Shown here: piece after piece, positions 38,939 to 49,010 of the stretch | Position numbering within the stretch: the first letter of the stretch is position 1 | Layout: each line of letters starts with the position of its first letter | NCBI GenBank assembly: GCA_965219665.1 | Contig: CBDCOD010000023.1 | Location: forward strand, 56,114-120,113 | Length of the DNA: 64,000 nt | Origin: Gammaproteobacteria bacterium | GTDB lineage: Bacteria > Pseudomonadota > Gammaproteobacteria > CAKMZV01 | Direction of reading: 5' to 3' | Notes under the pieces: model-generated | The model's database searches: none | Seen by the model: only the letters and a program-made list of their open reading frames with translations | What the model was told of the DNA's origin: nothing | Translations under genes and position numbers: made by a program

Positions 38939-40745
38939 CAATATACAAGCAACACTCTCACTAAAAAAAATACCCCAAAAACCTGGAGTTTATCAGTTTG
39001 TAGATCAGAAAAACACCATTCTTTATATTGGTAAGGCTTCTTCACTGCGCAGTCGCCTACAGTCCTATTTTAGGAGCAATGGCTTATCGCCAAAAACGCA
39101 AACCATGATGCGCCAGGCATATCATTTACACTGTACGCTAACCGAGAGCGAAGAGGAGGCATTATTGCTGGAAAACACCTTAATCAAGCAGCATAAACCG
39201 CGCTATAACATTTTGTTTCGTGATGATAAAAGTTATCCCTATATTCATCTATCTGATGAAACCTATCCACGCCTAAGTTATCATCGTGGCTCACAGTCTG
39301 TTCGCGGTGAGTACTTTGGTCCCTTTCCTAACGCTAATGCAGTTCATAGAAGTTTGAATTTACTACAAAAAATATTCCCAGTACGCCAATGCGAGAATAC
39401 TGTATTTAGCAATCGATCCAGACCGTGCTTACAGTACCAAATAAAACGATGTAATGCTCCTTGTGTTGGGCTAACCACTCCTAAAGAATACGCGGAAGGT
39501 GTGCAAAGTACTCGTGACTTTTTAAAAGGTCAAGACAAGCAGCTGCTTAGCACTTTACATAAACAAATGGAGCAGGCTAGTGAAACTTTAGATTTTGAAA
39601 AGGCAGCCCAAGTGCGCGATCAAATACGTGCTTTAAAACAGGTGTTAGAAAAACAGCGTATAGAAAGCAACAATCAACATATTAATGCCGATGTTGTCGC
39701 CTTAGTTTTGAATAATGATAATGCTTTGATTTATTTGGCTTTTGTTCGTAATGGGCGTTATTTAGGTGGAAAAAACATACAATTAAAACGGAGCGAAATG
39801 GCGGATGAGGCAAGCATTATGTGTCAATTTCTAACACAGCATTATCTTAGCTACCCCGCCCCAACAGAAATACTTGTATCACATGCTCCATTGCAACTAC
39901 GGGCTCTTAATAACATTATTAATAACAACCAGCAAACGAGTTGCACTATTAAGCACAATGTACGAGGTGATCGTGCGCAGTGGCTTAAATTGAGCATGGA
40001 AAATGCTCGTATAGGTATTGAGCAACATAGTCAAAAAAAACGCCGTGCTACCAAGCAATTACAACTTCTACAGTCTATTTTGCATTTAGAAGTTACTCCC
40101 AAGCACATAGAATGTTTTGATATCAGCCATACGCAGGGCGAACAAACTCAAGCATCTTGTGTTGTTTTTATAAATGGACTACCTGCCAATAGACTTTACA
40201 GGCGCTTCAAAATTAGTGGAGTCACTAAGGCAGATGATTATGCAGCGATGCAACAAACCATTAAAAGACGCTATCAGCATCAAATAGAGGAAAACAATGC
40301 ATTGCCTGACTTGATTCTCATAGATGGAGGGAAAGGACAGGTAAATGCTGCGCAAAATATTATGGATGAATTGGGCCTACACCATACCATGCTGCTCGGT
40401 ATTTCAAAAGGCGAGGCACGCAAAGCTGGTGAGGAACGTTTTTGGCTGAGTCATAATGCACAGCAAGGCAATTTAGCATCTACTTCTGCTGCTTTTCATT
40501 TACTCCAATATATTCGTGATGAGGCGCACCGTTTTGCTATTAGTGGACATCGAAAAGCACGCAGCCAAGCATCGCTCTCCAATGCTTTGGAACAAATCAA
40601 AGGAATTGGCCCTCTGATGCGACAACGCCTATTAACCCATTTTGGCACTATTAAAGCAGTGCAAACAGCAAGTATTCATACGCTAATCCAAGTGCCCGGC
40701 ATCAGTCGAGGCCTAGCTCAACGCATCCATTCTCATTTTAAGTAG
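38928..40745 (+). CDS. uvrC: Excinuclease ABC subunit C
   Basis: GIY-YIG domain (GVYQFVD...LYIGKA), a UvrBC domain and a C-terminal HhH. Confidence 0.95.
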   Translation: MQFSNIQATLSLKKIPQKPGVYQFVDQKNTILYIGKASSLRSRLQSYFRSNGLSPKTQTMMRQAYHLHCTLTESEEEALLLENTLIKQHKPRYNILFRDDKSYPYIHLSDETYPRLSYHRGSQSVRGEYFGPFPNANAVHRSLNLLQKIFPVRQCENTVFSNRSRPCLQYQIKRCNAPCVGLTTPKEYAEGVQSTRDFLKGQDKQLLSTLHKQMEQASETLDFEKAAQVRDQIRALKQVLEKQRIESNNQHINADVVALVLNNDNALIYLAFVRNGRYLGGKNIQLKRSEMADEASIMCQFLTQHYLSYPAPTEILVSHAPLQLRALNNIINNNQQTSCTIKHNVRGDRAQWLKLSMENARIGIEQHSQKKRRATKQLQLLQSILHLEVTPKHIECFDISHTQGEQTQASCVVFINGLPANRLYRRFKISGVTKADDYAAMQQTIKRRYQHQIEENNALPDLILIDGGKGQVNAAQNIMDELGLHHTMLLGISKGEARKAGEERFWLSHNAQQGNLASTSAAFHLLQYIRDEAHRFAISGHRKARSQASLSNALEQIKGIGPLMRQRLLTHFGTIKAVQTASIHTLIQVPGISRGLAQRIHSHFK

Positions 40746-40808
40746 TGTTATTTTTAGGTGATCAATAGAATTGTTATTGTTGCATTTGAATAGATTACAA
40801 TACCGCGC

Positions 40809-41327
40809 ATGAAAAAAATTGGCTTATTCTATGGCACAGATACTGGAAACAGTGAGCGAGTAGCACAAGATATTGAAGAACGGCTAGAAGGTGTTGCTCA
40901 AGTCGAGCTACACGATATGATAGACGTAGAGGTTAAGAGCTTTGAGCCCTATAAATACATTATTTTGGGACATCCCACTTGGTATTATGGTGAACTACAA
41001 AGCCATTGGGAAGATTTCTGGGAAGAATTTAAGCAAGTGGATTTTTCTGGAAAGCATATCGCATGTTTTGGTCTAGGAGATCAATATGATTACGCTGAGT
41101 ATTTTCTGGATGCTATGGGGCTAACGCATGATATTGCTGTGGAAAACGGTGCTACGCCACATGGATATACCAGCACGGAGTCTTTCGATTTCGAGGCTTC
41201 AAAGGCTGTAACAGAAGATAATGCCTTTTTTGTTGGCTTGGCATTAGACGATGACCAGCAACCTGAATTAAGCAGCACGCGAATAGATGCTTGGGTAGAA
41301 CAAATCAAAGAAGATTTTGAATTATAA
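40809..41327 (+). CDS. fldA: Flavodoxin
   Basis: 172 aa, starting GLFYGTDTGNSE (the FMN phosphate-binding loop), long-chain flavodoxin. Confidence 0.85.
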   Translation: MKKIGLFYGTDTGNSERVAQDIEERLEGVAQVELHDMIDVEVKSFEPYKYIILGHPTWYYGELQSHWEDFWEEFKQVDFSGKHIACFGLGDQYDYAEYFLDAMGLTHDIAVENGATPHGYTSTESFDFEASKAVTEDNAFFVGLALDDDQQPELSSTRIDAWVEQIKEDFEL

Positions 41328-42603
41328 AATGGAGCTACCTATTCATGCTCACTCGCTATCTCAGCAAGATAGTAGCATACTGCTCCACCCGTATGCCAAT
41401 CCTATAGATACGTACCCTGCCTTACCTGTTAGCCATACTGATGGTTGCAAGATTTTTTTAAGTGATGGTCAAGGCTTGGTAGATGCTATGGCTTCCTGGT
41501 GGTCGGTCATTCATGGATACAACCACCCCGCATTGACGCAAGCTGCTAAAGAGCAGATAGATTCCATGCCACACGTTATGTTCGGTGGGCTCACACATGC
41601 TCCTGCGGTCAAACTGGCACAAAAATTGCTATCCTATGTACCTTACATGAGCAAAGTTTTTTTTGCTGATAGTGGCTCTGTTGCAGTTGAGGTTGCTCTC
41701 AAGATGGCTCTACAATGTGGCTTAGCTCAGTCACGGAATAAAATACTTACTGTGCGCGGTGGCTATCACGGTGATACACTTAATGCTATGAGTGTTTGCG
41801 ATCCCATCAATGGAATGCATAGCTATTTTCAAGGTATATTAACGCAGCAGATTTTTGCTCCACAGCCTAACTTAACAAATGATACAGGGGATATCGATGC
41901 TTTTGAACGCTTAATCAGAGAAAATCATGATTGTATCGCCGCTGTAATTTTAGAACCTATCTTGCAAGGGGCAAGCGGAATGCGGCATTACCGACCAGCT
42001 TACTTGAGCGCAGTTCGCGCACTGTGCTCACAGTATGATATTCTGCTCATTGCTGATGAAATTGCTACAGGTTTTGGGCGGACAGGTACTCTGTTTGCTT
42101 GTGAACATGCCAATATAGAACCTGATATTCTCTGTGTCGGGAAAGCATTAACTGGCGGATTTATGAGTTTAGCAGCCACATTATGCACGCAACAAGTTGC
42201 CGAAAAAATTGCCGCTACAGCACCATCTGTAATAATGCATGGGCCAACCTTTATGGCAAATCCTTTAGCTTGTGCGGTTGCTCATGCCAGTTTGACTTTA
42301 TTAGATAGCGGTGAGTGGAGTCATCAAGTACGTCATATTGAGCAGCATTTTAATAAGCACTTGATGCCGCTTAAAAATTGTGAAGAAGTAGCAGATGTTC
42401 GTGTAATAGGCGCTGTTGGAGTCGTTGAGTTGACGTACCCTCTATCTCCTGAAGACTATACACCATTGCTGCTTGAACACGGCGTATGGCTAAGACCTTT
42501 TGGCAAACTGCTCTACAGTATGCCGCCATATAATATCTCAAGTGAGGAACTCTCCCAAATTACAGCAGCAATGTGTGCTATTGTGCTTATGTGCAGTGCT
42601 TGA
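41317..42603 (+). CDS. bioA: Adenosylmethionine-8-amino-7-oxononanoate aminotransferase
   Basis: Class-III aminotransferase with BioA-like SWWSVIHGY and a PLP lysine region CVGKALTGG. The true start may be the internal Met at 41329. Confidence 0.8.
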   Translation: MNYKMELPIHAHSLSQQDSSILLHPYANPIDTYPALPVSHTDGCKIFLSDGQGLVDAMASWWSVIHGYNHPALTQAAKEQIDSMPHVMFGGLTHAPAVKLAQKLLSYVPYMSKVFFADSGSVAVEVALKMALQCGLAQSRNKILTVRGGYHGDTLNAMSVCDPINGMHSYFQGILTQQIFAPQPNLTNDTGDIDAFERLIRENHDCIAAVILEPILQGASGMRHYRPAYLSAVRALCSQYDILLIADEIATGFGRTGTLFACEHANIEPDILCVGKALTGGFMSLAATLCTQQVAEKIAATAPSVIMHGPTFMANPLACAVAHASLTLLDSGEWSHQVRHIEQHFNKHLMPLKNCEEVADVRVIGAVGVVELTYPLSPEDYTPLLLEHGVWLRPFGKLLYSMPPYNISSEELSQITAAMCAIVLMCSA

Positions 42604-43237
42604 TGAAGTGCTGATCAATAACCTGTATTTCTTCTACACACACTTCATGCCCCATAGGGAAATCATGCCACACACAATTTTCAGGATGATTATGGGCAAT
42701 AGCATCAAAAGTGTCTCTGGCTGAAGAGTACGGTATCACTTCATCGGCATGCCCATGTATCATAGCAAGTTGTGTGTATTCAAAGAAGCGTAGTGCATCC
42801 GCATGAGGATGATAGGTAGATAGTGCTAACACACTTGAGACAGGCACTAATTCTGCAGCCGATAGTGCAATCAAACCACCTTGGGAAAAGCCTGCCAAGT
42901 GCAATGAACTGTCTCTCTGTCCTTCTTGTGCTTGCTGCTCAAATAAAAGGGCTGCAACATACTCAGCACTACATTTGACATCAGTCATATTTGTGCTCTT
43001 TGCCAGATTGATATTACTAATGTCGTACCAAGAAGGCATCTTCATACCATTGTTAATGGTGACTGGCATAATAGGTGCATAAGGAAAAATCCAGCGAACA
43101 AAAGGTAATTGAGCTGCTTGCTGGAGATAAGGGACGAGAGAATAGAAATCGTGCGCATCCGCACCCAAACCATGTAGCCATACAACGCAGTGCTTAGCCT
43201 GTACTTTAGGTTCAATAATGAGTGGTTTCTTATACAT
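42587..43237 (-). CDS. Phospholipase/carboxylesterase-family alpha/beta hydrolase
   Basis: VVWLHGLGAD, the nucleophile elbow LAGFSQGG and a catalytic His near the C-terminus. Confidence 0.75.
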   Translation of the reverse strand: MYKKPLIIEPKVQAKHCVVWLHGLGADAHDFYSLVPYLQQAAQLPFVRWIFPYAPIMPVTINNGMKMPSWYDISNINLAKSTNMTDVKCSAEYVAALLFEQQAQEGQRDSSLHLAGFSQGGLIALSAAELVPVSSVLALSTYHPHADALRFFEYTQLAMIHGHADEVIPYSSARDTFDAIAHNHPENCVWHDFPMGHEVCVEEIQVIDQHFIKHCT

Positions 43238-43298
43238 GGGTTATAAACAAGTATTATAATCCTGCGCCTTCTACTCTCAACTGGAAAATTATAAAACC

Positions 43299-44456
43299 GT
43301 GACAAATTCATATGTTTTTTCTTCTGAATCGGTCTCTGAAGGTCATCCAGACAAGATAGCCGATCGCATTTCTGATGCTGTTTTAGATGCTGTTTTAGAA
43401 CAAGATAAGACAGCACGTGTTGCGTGCGAGACTTTGGTGAAAACAGGCATGGTTTTAGTTTCAGGCGAAATGAGAACATCAGCCTGGGTTAATATTGAGC
43501 AGTTAGTGCGTGAGGAATTGGCAGAAATTGGCTACAACGCTACCGAATTAGGGTTTGACTGCAATAGCTGCTCTGTACTATCTGCTATTGGTGAGCAATC
43601 AAAAGATATAGCACAAGGTGTAGATGGTGATGGTGATGATATTTTAAGCATAGGTGCCGGTGATCAAGGTATTATGTTTGGCTACGCGTGTGATGAGACA
43701 GACTCATATATGCCAGCCCCAATTGCTTATGCACACCAATTAATGCAGAAACAAGCAAAATTGCGCAAAGAAGGGCACATTCCATGGCTGCGCCCTGATG
43801 CAAAAAGCCAAATCACGCTGCGTTATGCCTCAAATGGCAGCATATTAGGTGTTGATACCGTTGTACTCTCTACGCAGCATGATCCTGATATAGGATTAAA
43901 AGATATAGAAGAGTGTGTACGTGAGGAAATCATCAAGACCACTCTCCCCCCTGAATGGCTCAACAAGAACACTTCATATCTTATCAACCCAACTGGTAAA
44001 TTCATTATTGGCGGTCCTGTTGGTGATTGCGGAATAACTGGACGCAAAATTATTGTGGATACTTATGGAGGCAGTGCACGTCATGGTGGTGGCGCATTTT
44101 CAGGAAAAGATCCAACTAAAGTGGATCGTACTGGTGGATATGCTGCTCGATACGTAGCAAAAAATATCGTTGCTGCAGGTCTTGCAAAACGCTGTGAAAT
44201 ACAAGTGGCTTACGCTATTGGTGTAGTAGACCCTGTTTCCCTTTTTGTGAATACATATGGAACAGGTAGTATTTCTGATTCAGAAATACAAAAACGTATT
44301 GCTCAATGCTTTGATTTTAGACCCGGAGCGATTATTCAGTATTTTGATTTAATGCGCCCCATATACAAGCAAACCAGTAGTTATGGACACTTTGGTCGAG
44401 AAATTTTTCCATGGGAAAAAACAGATTCTCTGGCAAACAAACTGCTTAATACCTGA
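43299..44456 (+). CDS. metK: S-adenosylmethionine synthetase
   Basis: [33 protein letters not shown] and the [15 protein letters not shown] motifs. Confidence 0.95.
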   Translation: MTNSYVFSSESVSEGHPDKIADRISDAVLDAVLEQDKTARVACETLVKTGMVLVSGEMRTSAWVNIEQLVREELAEIGYNATELGFDCNSCSVLSAIGEQSKDIAQGVDGDGDDILSIGAGDQGIMFGYACDETDSYMPAPIAYAHQLMQKQAKLRKEGHIPWLRPDAKSQITLRYASNGSILGVDTVVLSTQHDPDIGLKDIEECVREEIIKTTLPPEWLNKNTSYLINPTGKFIIGGPVGDCGITGRKIIVDTYGGSARHGGGAFSGKDPTKVDRTGGYAARYVAKNIVAAGLAKRCEIQVAYAIGVVDPVSLFVNTYGTGSISDSEIQKRIAQCFDFRPGAIIQYFDLMRPIYKQTSSYGHFGREIFPWEKTDSLANKLLNT

Positions 44457-44474
44457 TTTTTAATTACCGCTGGT

Positions 44475-45191
44475 TTGCATAGACTATTTACTTCAGGAAT
44501 ACTTGCAGTTGGCGCCACCGTTTCTTTTAGCAGAGAGCAGAGTCACTATATACAAAATGTGTTGCGCCTAAAGCATAAGACAGAGGTACATCTTTTTAAC
44601 GGGGATGGCTGTGATTATTGTGCTACTATAGAGCTTTCTGAACGAAAAAACTGGACTGGAAGGATATATAAACGCTTAGAGAATGCAACGGCTCAGCCAC
44701 GGATTGGTTTAATTCAAGGTTTAGCAAAACAAAGCAAGATGGACTTTATTATCCAGAAAGCGACTGAGCTAGGTGTAGCAGCTATACAACCCATCCATAC
44801 AGAGCATAGTGCGGTTAAGTTAGATGCTCAGCGCAGTAACAGGCGCCACACGCACTGGCAAAAAATCATATATAGTGCTTGCGAGCAAAGCGGACGTGCC
44901 TTGATTCCGCTATTGCAGCCAGTAAGTAGTTTGCCTAATATTACCACTTTGCTTGGGAACACACATGCACTGCATCCAAACAGTCCACTAATCTGGGAAA
45001 ACCCTATATACAGTGAACATAAAGATGCGCCAATCCAATGGGTAGCGATTGGTCCTGAAGGTGGTTTTAGCAACCATGAAATTGATTATATGGTTCAGCA
45101 CGGCGCGCGCGTCATGCGATGGGGAACAGCAATTCTTCGCTGTGAAACATGCGCTATTGCCTCTTTATCACAAGCACTGTATAGATTCTAA
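44475..45191 (+). CDS. rsmE: 16S rRNA (uracil1498-N3)-methyltransferase RsmE
   Basis: PUA-like N-terminus and a SPOUT domain with IGPEGGFS and a C-terminal TETCAIASL. Confidence 0.85.
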   Translation: MHRLFTSGILAVGATVSFSREQSHYIQNVLRLKHKTEVHLFNGDGCDYCATIELSERKNWTGRIYKRLENATAQPRIGLIQGLAKQSKMDFIIQKATELGVAAIQPIHTEHSAVKLDAQRSNRRHTHWQKIIYSACEQSGRALIPLLQPVSSLPNITTLLGNTHALHPNSPLIWENPIYSEHKDAPIQWVAIGPEGGFSNHEIDYMVQHGARVMRWGTAILRCETCAIASLSQALYRF

Positions 45192-45262
45192 ACAAAACAC
45201 TGAAATAACACAGGTTGCTGAGAATTTTCTAGATTTTCTGATAACTTAGTAAGCAAACATTG

Positions 45263-45483
45263 TTGCATATTATGCAATGCATTATAATACCCTCAATCAG
45301 TTTCGTGAAACATTGAAAATAACTATAACGCAAGTTGTTTTTAATTTTAAAAATCAACAGCTTATATTGAATTGCATTTTATGCAATTCTTTTGATTTTC
45401 TTTCAAAAAAGACCGCATATTAAAGTTAATGCGTTATGAATGATATTCCTTTTTTAACTTTTAAAATCAATGCGTTAACGCAT
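45263..45483. promoter_or_regulatory. Three perfect palindromes in an AT-rich intergenic region
   Basis: TTGCATA-T-TATGCAA at 45263-45277, GAATTGCAT-TTT-ATGCAATTC at 45369-45389 and ATGCGTTAACGCAT at 45470-45483. The half-site AATGCGTTA also recurs at 45428. Confidence 0.4.
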
Positions 45484-45582
45484 AGAATTGTAAAAAAAAG
45501 GAAGTATTGCTAATAAGTGCTTGATTTTATGAATACATATTGATTAGAATGTTTAACCGTTGTTGCACAAATTAAGATAAAG

Positions 45583-45783
45583 ATGAAAAACATATCGCGC
45601 CTCATTGTTTTTAAGAAAATCTCCCTCCTGATGGCAGGTGCTAGTTTATTTATAGTCCTGGCTTCCAGCGAAACCCATACAGATTTAGACATAGTTCGTG
45701 GCAAATTAGTACAGTTAGAATTAAAATCTATGCCAACAAAATCATCTACGCACTACCCTGCCCTACTTAAAATATTCACTTAA
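45583..45783 (+). CDS. Small secreted hypothetical protein (66 aa)
   Basis: ORF with a signal-peptide-like N-terminus, lying downstream of a palindrome-rich intergenic region. Could be spurious. Confidence 0.2.
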   Translation: MKNISRLIVFKKISLLMAGASLFIVLASSETHTDLDIVRGKLVQLELKSMPTKSSTHYPALLKIFT

Positions 45784-46036
45784 AGATACTCAAAGTTTAG
45801 TGAGCATCAATTTTTTGGTATTTTGAGACAGCATGAAGCGAGATTAGACGGTTCAGTATATACATCGTGTGAATGGGATAAGTCCTGCTATTTACTATAA
45901 TTGATTTGTGTATCAGTATGAAACCCATGTAAATAATAATATTTTCAACCTTGCTAACGTGCTAGGTTACTGCTTTGCTCTGACAGCTACACTTTCTATC
46001 TTATAGAAATATCTCTTTCCTGTTACAATCGCGCCT

Positions 46037-46441
46037 ATGCCGCTCGCAGTTAAAAGCCTGTTTCATCCTTTATTCATCAATGCTTACTGCCTTACTGACT
46101 TAGAAAAAATCCCTCCTATACGCGCCAATGGCATAGACTCTTTAGAAGATAATCGCTGGCGTACTGATACTATCCATCAAGCATTTGTCTCTTTAGACTC
46201 GTTATTTGAGTACTACCCTTTATTTGCACACCCTATGGTTCAGCGTGTCCAGCAACGCTATAACGCATACAATGTGCCCGTTAGTTGTGATACACTCTTT
46301 AATTGGCATTTCTGGGGTTTTTTGCGATGTCCAAATGAGCGTAGTGAGTGGCGCTATTTTTCCTTGTCTGAAATTTTTCTAAATCGCTTTATAATACCAG
46401 TAAAAATGCATAACATTAAGGTCAGAAACTTTATACGATAA
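46037..46441 (+). CDS. Hypothetical protein (134 aa)
   Basis: ORF preceded by a TGTTACAAT -10-like element. No family recognised. Confidence 0.35.
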   Translation: MPLAVKSLFHPLFINAYCLTDLEKIPPIRANGIDSLEDNRWRTDTIHQAFVSLDSLFEYYPLFAHPMVQRVQQRYNAYNVPVSCDTLFNWHFWGFLRCPNERSEWRYFSLSEIFLNRFIIPVKMHNIKVRNFIR

Positions 46442-46466
46442 GCACAAAAAAAAACCTGCTTTTAGT

Positions 46467-46751
46467 TTGTTGGGTTTGAGTACAAATAGTTGGTTGCCTT
46501 CAACTCCAAACGATCGCACTGAGCAGCGCTTTCTCGGAGATGCTTATTTAGATTTTAACCATTATGCTAAAGCACGTGGATTCTGGTACTACCACCAGAA
46601 ACGATACAGGTCATTTATCCGAGCATTAGCAACATTAGATAGCAGCGATAGTAATAATCCTCTACATCCTCCTCTGCGCTCAATTTATGAGCAGATTGAT
46701 TTTCCATGCTACGCACCTATCAAGTCACCCTTTGAGTTAAACAATGCTTAA
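46467..46751 (+). CDS. Hypothetical protein (94 aa; TTG start in the track, with the frame open upstream to 46404)
   Basis: Reading frame is +1 relative to the preceding ORF and overlaps its 3' end. No family recognised. Confidence 0.25.
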   Translation: MLGLSTNSWLPSTPNDRTEQRFLGDAYLDFNHYAKARGFWYYHQKRYRSFIRALATLDSSDSNNPLHPPLRSIYEQIDFPCYAPIKSPFELNNA

Positions 46752-46875
46752 AAGTCTATTATTATCAGCTACGCTTTGCGCTTTGCTTATCCTGGGCGGA
46801 CCTGTTTCATGCGCAACTAAAGGTGAGCTCTTTTTACCACCAACAGATACTTCAAAAGATACCGGTAGTAAATAG
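46744..46875 (+). CDS. 43-aa small signal-peptide/lipoprotein-like peptide directly upstream of the T1SS ABC gene
   Basis: MLKSLLLSATLCALLILGGPVSC|ATKGELFLPPTDTSKDTGSK. The stop lies 2 nt before the ABC transporter ATG. Below the ORF-track size cutoff. Confidence 0.25.
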   Translation: MLKSLLLSATLCALLILGGPVSCATKGELFLPPTDTSKDTGSK

Positions 46876-46877
46876 CG

Positions 46878-49010
46878 ATGGTTACGCAACAGGTAAATAA
46901 CAATTTGCTAGAGCAATTCTGTTGCTTATTGCAAGCGCAACACCACGCGATAGATTTTAAGTCTTTACAAGCCCTATCAGCAACGCCTTCTGTTAATTTG
47001 AATGACTTAGAGCAAATGGCGAGCCAATTGCACTTTAGAGCAAATATTATCAAGCAGCCGTGGAACAAACTCCTACTTACAGAATCGCTGCCTTTGCTGT
47101 TACAGTGCAAAAATGGACAAGCTACTACGCTGCTACACATTGAAAATAATCAGGCGATTGTTGCAGAATTGACGAGTACAGGTACCTCTAAGCAGCGTTT
47201 TCACAGTTTAGAAAATTTAGAGCAAGAGTATGCTGGAATAGCATTCTCTATAGAGCCCATTATAGATGTTCTTGCAAGATCAGGCGAAAGCCATCTATTC
47301 TCTGAATTCACTAAAAAAGAGTTTGTTTGGCGTCTTTTTGAGATTTTCCTTGCATCTAGCATTATCGGTGTTTTTCAGTTAGCGCTGCCGTTGTTTACGA
47401 TGAATGTGTATGACAAGGTTATTCCTCATGCAGCAGAAGATACGCTATGGGTGCTTGCAAGCGGCATTGTGCTTGTTTTTATCATGGAGTATGCTTTACG
47501 CTCAACACGCTTGCATATACTAGAATCTTTGTCCCAAAGAATAGCAAAAGCGATGGATTTACAACTGTTTCGCAAACTAATGGGACAGCCACGCCAGATA
47601 GAAGAGAGTATAGGGGTTAATACCGAACTTTTTCAAGAAATGCAAGGATTTCGCCAGTCTTTTTTCTCAAAAATACTAGTGGACTTGATTGAATTGCCTG
47701 TTATCTTTTTATTCCTATTTGTTATCTATTTAATTTCCCCTGCCCTCACCTTCATACCAATAATGACTGGCATAGTCGCCGTCATAGTGCACTTTATTCA
47801 CTATATTCCAATCACTAAATTAGGTGGAGAGCTTTTTGTATACCGCCGCCAGCGTGAGAATTTTTTGATAGAGACTTTACAGGGTAATGAGTCTATACAA
47901 CTAAGCAATGCATTTGCGCGCTTTATTAAATTTTGGCAGGCGCAATTGAGCCACGGAATGAATTTGGCGCGGAAATCACAATTATGGAATGGCAATTTGA
48001 GCAATATCACACCGATTATGGTGCAATCAGTTAGCGTCTTGGTTATATTTTTTGGTGCATTCCAGATATTTGGTGGTCAACTTAGTGTGGGCGGACTTAT
48101 CGCAGTTTCCATTCTTTCTGCACGCTCCATTTTACCTATCCTTAATTGCTCTTCCGCCTTAGTACGATTATATAGCAGCATGCCCATGATAAGACAATGG
48201 CGGAAAACTCTAAAGAAATCAGGAATATATGATGATACTTTATCATTAGCCAATAGTTCAAAAAAAACAGGGCTTCTGCAATTTAAGGCAGTTAGCTTTA
48301 GTTACGCCGGTAGTAGCCGTAATCATGTGGAAAACATAAGTTTCACTATAACACCAGGTGAACACATTGCTGTTATTGGCAGGTCCGGCGCTGGGAAAAG
48401 TACTTTACTACGCCTTGCCGCTGGCTTGGAAACACCGCAACAAGGACATATTCTCTTAGAATCCTATAATTTAAAAGATTTACATACTTTGGAGCAACAC
48501 AATCATATTAGTTTTATGCCACAAAACCCTTCCTTCTTCGCAGGAACACTACGTGACAATATAAACTTAAATAAGCACCCTGATGGCGACATATTCTTAC
48601 AGAATATTATCAAAGACCTAGAGATAGCTGATTTAATGGATAATGTGTCGGATTCTGGACTGGGCTTTAATGTGGGGGATAGAGGAAATCGTTTATCAGG
48701 TGGTCAAAAACAGTTAGTGGCTTTAATGAGAGCCTTGATTGGAAATCATTCCATCTATCTGCTTGATGAACCTACATCAGGCATTGATTCTGGCTTAGAG
48801 TTGCAAATTATTAATTATTTGAAAGAAAAACTGCGCTCTAAAACATTGATTCTTGTGACGCATCGCAGTAGCCTATTCGCTCTTGTGGATCGTATGATAG
48901 TCTTTGAAGGTGGAAAAATAGTTGCAGATGGTCCAAAAGAGGAAATTTTACAACAATTCTATAAAACGCAGGCGCCTATGAATAATGGGGCTTGGAGTGA
49001 TCGTGTTTAG
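46878..49010 (+). CDS. Type I secretion ABC transporter (HlyB-like) with an N-terminal C39-like domain lacking the catalytic Cys
   Basis: N-terminal C39-fold region of about 130 aa aligning to the HlyB C39-like domain with no Cys at the catalytic position. Six-TM domain, Walker A GRSGAGKST, signature LSGGQKQ and Walker B YLLDEPTS. Confidence 0.85.
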   Translation: MVTQQVNNNLLEQFCCLLQAQHHAIDFKSLQALSATPSVNLNDLEQMASQLHFRANIIKQPWNKLLLTESLPLLLQCKNGQATTLLHIENNQAIVAELTSTGTSKQRFHSLENLEQEYAGIAFSIEPIIDVLARSGESHLFSEFTKKEFVWRLFEIFLASSIIGVFQLALPLFTMNVYDKVIPHAAEDTLWVLASGIVLVFIMEYALRSTRLHILESLSQRIAKAMDLQLFRKLMGQPRQIEESIGVNTELFQEMQGFRQSFFSKILVDLIELPVIFLFLFVIYLISPALTFIPIMTGIVAVIVHFIHYIPITKLGGELFVYRRQRENFLIETLQGNESIQLSNAFARFIKFWQAQLSHGMNLARKSQLWNGNLSNITPIMVQSVSVLVIFFGAFQIFGGQLSVGGLIAVSILSARSILPILNCSSALVRLYSSMPMIRQWRKTLKKSGIYDDTLSLANSSKKTGLLQFKAVSFSYAGSSRNHVENISFTITPGEHIAVIGRSGAGKSTLLRLAAGLETPQQGHILLESYNLKDLHTLEQHNHISFMPQNPSFFAGTLRDNINLNKHPDGDIFLQNIIKDLEIADLMDNVSDSGLGFNVGDRGNRLSGGQKQLVALMRALIGNHSIYLLDEPTSGIDSGLELQIINYLKEKLRSKTLILVTHRSSLFALVDRMIVFEGGKIVADGPKEEILQQFYKTQAPMNNGAWSDRV

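Noticed and set aside
40746-40808. Fur box upstream of fldA (AATAGAATTGTTATTGTTG)
   Set aside because: Only a loose resemblance to GATAATGATAATCATTATC. Too many mismatches to call.
46439-46470. Poly-A(9) slippage fusing the 134-aa and 94-aa ORFs into one protein
   Set aside because: The tract lies after the first ORF's TAA stop, so changing its length cannot fuse the frames. A +1 shift upstream of 46438 would be required and no slippery site is there. The tract is kept only as a possible spacer-length phase-variation site.
46878-47270. N-terminal domain of the ABC transporter as an active C39 bacteriocin-processing peptidase (two cysteines at residues 15-16)
   Set aside because: Aligned by eye to HlyB and ComA-type domains, the CC pair does not fall at the catalytic Cys position (an Asn/Leu sits there). 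It is better read as a non-catalytic C39-like domain.
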